Positions 9,378 to 11,340 of a stretch of DNA of 11,340 bases are shown piece after piece. Numbering within the stretch: the stretch's first letter is position 1; every line of letters starts with the position of its first letter. The notes under the pieces were generated by a model. The model was given only the letters and a program-made list of their open reading frames with translations. It was not told the DNA's origin and searched no databases. Source of the DNA: Paraspadella gotoi (lineage: Eukaryota > Animalia > Chaetognatha); the NCBI GenBank assembly GCA_051294375.1, contig JBJCIZ010001033.1, positions 1-11,340 of the forward strand, written 5' to 3'. A program made the position numbers and the translations under genes.

Positions 9378-9693
9378 TTTTTTTTCCTCGCCACCACAAC
9401 ACCGCCGAGGTTTTTTTTTTTCGGTCGTTGAGGACGTGACGGGGCCGACGCCTCACCGGGCCACGCCCCTTCTGGGTGGAAGAGAAGAGGGATTGAAGGT
9501 GGGGGTGCTGCGGGGGCGGTGTTGCAGATGGAATGCAGACCCGAGAATTCTCGGTCGGAGCGAGCGGGTTGTGGCGAGCCAGAGAAGACCCGGATGAGGA
9601 AAGAAAACCCCCGGTGCGGCGCCGCCTTTCGGGTCGAAGCACCGGAGGGCGGAAGAAGAGATCGAAAAATAACGGAGGGGGAAAAGAGGAGAA

Positions 9694-9704
9694 CTCTCTC
9701 TGAA

Positions 9705-9767
<63 letters not shown>

Positions 9768-9836
9768 CTGACGTCTCATCTCTCTCTCTCTACTCTCATC
9801 TCTCTTCCTTTCTCTCTTTCTCTCTCTCTCTCTCTC
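9694..9836. repeat. (CT)n microsatellite, perfect (CT)28 at 9709-9764 with imperfect flanks
   Basis: Read directly from the sequence. Confidence 0.97.
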
Positions 9837-9851
9837 GCGGTTTTTTTTCGT

Positions 9852-9910
9852 GGGCGTGACGGGTGTGCTAGTTAGGGGGGGCGGGGCGGGGGATTAATGG
9901 CGCCGCGACA
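9852..9910. promoter_or_regulatory. Tandem GC boxes and G-run cluster (possible promoter or G-quadruplex)
   Basis: GGGGGGGCGGGGCGGGGG at 9875-9892, extra GGG runs at 9852 and 9861, and ATGGCG at 9897-9902, all next to a GAGA/CT tract in CpG-rich DNA. This is motif-only evidence. Confidence 0.3.
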
Positions 9911-10408
9911 AATTTCCGGTTTATCGGGTGAGCGAGAATAAAGGCGCCGGGAGGGACAGGAGCCCACGGTATCGGTCGCCGGCTATACAGTTACCTTAAT
10001 CTTCTTTGCCGAGTTTGTTGTTATGATTATTATGTGGTCAATTTCGTCGCTTTTTTTTTGAGGTTAAAGACTATGTAGGCGCTTGAATTTTGATAAGTAG
10101 ATAAAAAGAGAGGAAAATGCGGAGGGAGGTAGGTAAAATATTATGAGACGTTGCGAGCAAAAGCATGTGTGGAGTATCGTGACTCCAGAGAGAAATCGAT
10201 AAACGATTGGCCGGAAATGTCTCCTCAAAACGTTAACTTGATGTATCAATTTTGTGAGTGAGGAAGAAGTACGGAAAAAAAATGGAAACGACATTAAAAT
10301 ATGCGTGTGTTAGTAATTTCGTTATAGCTTTATTTATGTATTAAGTAAGAAGAAAATATATTGATACCTTAGAATAAAGCTGAGATCGATTTGTTACTTC
10401 GATGCCAG

Positions 10409-10535
10409 ATTCAAAGAGAGAATCTCGAATTACACAAAAAAATTACTTCGCATATTCCTGTTGCGCGACGGGTACCAGATGTCTCTGCTTGGCGCAATCG
10501 GTAGCGCCGCCCTCGGCTGTTACCGAAAGGCTTGG
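10409..10535 (+). CDS. Candidate exon of an unidentified gene
   Basis: CAG at 10406-10408, a stop-free frame FKERISNYTKKLLRIFLLRDGYQMSLLGAIGSAALGCYRKAW, and donor GG|GTGCGT at 10536. It is a GC-rich island in AT-rich flanks. Confidence 0.35.
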
Positions 10536-11139
10536 GTGCGTTCGAGCCCACCCGACGGACGATGTTTTCGTTAGTTTTTTTAAGACACAACATTATGCTC
10601 GAAAGAAATACTGGTAGGTTTGTTGAAACGTATTTTTTTGTTGTTGTTTGTTGTCGAAAAGCTTAGAAAAATCTTGTTTTCAACACCTCTCAAGGTATTT
10701 CAATAAAAAAACTTGCAGTCGCCAACGGTCAGTTCTAGTGGACAAAGTTTAAGCGATCGTTTTAGTTTTGCTTGACATCAATTGGACCTATGCATTGCTG
10801 TATACCTAAATCCTTGAACTCTTAGAAAAAAGACAAAAAAAAAACCTATGAAAATTTTCAAATTACGTGTTTCACTGATTTTTATTTTGTATTGTTTATT
10901 TTATGAAGATTTACCTTTTAACGATATATTATGTTAAATATATATATATTGCCCTTTTCTTAAATTTTTATTTTACTTGATCGATTTATAAGTGCTAATA
11001 AACTCATATTGGGAATGGGAAGTCCGAGTGTTGCTCTTCTGGAAATAGAAGGAGCATCTTAATATTCTGACATATTTTCCTTCTTCAAAAGGTTTTAAGC
11101 GGGGGATACAAGAGACTGGATAATGGCCCAATAAATTGA

Positions 11140-11218
11140 CTCCCAGCGGAGGAATCGAACCCCGGCCGCCGGCAGCGTGAAAGCGGGCCGAATCCTAACC
11201 ACGGTAGACCACATGGGA
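11140..11218 (-). tRNA. trnE: tRNA-Glu(TTC), disrupted by indels (sequencing errors or pseudogene)
   Basis: Minus strand: TCCCATGTGGTCTA[CC]GTGGTTAGGATTCGGC[CC]GCTTTCAC[G]C[T]GCCG[G]CGGCCGGGGTTCGATTCC[T]CCGC(-A)TGGGAG. Removing the bracketed bases and restoring one A gives a 72-nt cloverleaf with acceptor TCCCATG/CATGGGA, anticodon stem CGGCG/CGCCG around CTTTCAC, and T-stem CGGGG/CCCCG. The B-box GGTTCGATTCC is intact. Confidence 0.85.
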
Positions 11219-11290
11219 TTGCGTTTCGAATTCTCGACTTATAATCCGAATATACACATATATCCGGATTCATATTGAAATATTTAATTT

Positions 11291-11324
11291 TAGCTTCAGT
11301 TGTTGAGCAGTGGGGCCTGTAGAT
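11291..11324 (+). pseudogene. Degenerate 5' half of a tRNA-Tyr(GTA)-like gene, running toward the window edge
   Basis: TAGCTTCAGTTGTTGAGCAGTGGGGCCTGTAGAT resembles tRNA-Tyr TAGCTCAGTTGGTAGAGCGGxGGACTGTAG, with GTA at 11319-11321. The 5' acceptor strand is not recognisable and any 3' half would lie outside the window. Confidence 0.35.
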
Positions 11325-11340
11325 TGCTGTTTTTTTGGTT

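Noticed and set aside
9661-9695. Resemblance to a PacBio SMRTbell adapter (AACGGAGG...GAAAAGAG)
   Set aside because: The match is partial and low-complexity, and the flanks are not inverted copies of each other.
9453-9875. ORFs with (RE)n and (SL)n tracts
   Set aside because: They are translations of the (CT)28 microsatellite.
1141-11324. Split or trans-spliced tRNA-Tyr formed from the 3' half at 1141-1167 and the 5' half at 11291-11324
   Set aside because: The acceptor strands do not pair (TCGGCGA needs TCGCCGA, but AT-rich sequence precedes TAGC). Both pieces are degenerate and I saw no complementary leader or trailer.

Overview
Eukaryotic genomic DNA made mostly of strand-asymmetric low-complexity tracts (GA-rich, then CT-rich, then GA-rich on +) separating short CpG-rich, exon-like islands. 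Almost all ORFs in the supplied track are artefacts of this composition. Best-supported elements: (1) a tRNA-Glu(TTC) on the minus strand (11140-11218) that differs from a perfect 72-nt cloverleaf only by indels; (2) a 10+14-bp AAAATGG satellite (481-872) and a perfect (CT)28; (3) a chain of + strand exon-like islands (about 1995-9377) whose peptides show DENN-domain (Rab GEF)-like motifs in the right order, but only if indels are allowed; (4) two tRNA-Tyr-like fragments. Insertion-dominated damage suggests poorly polished long-read sequence, so all coding calls are tentative. I found no CRISPR array, mobile element or convincing new biological system. Family assignments come from remembered consensus motifs, not from database searches.
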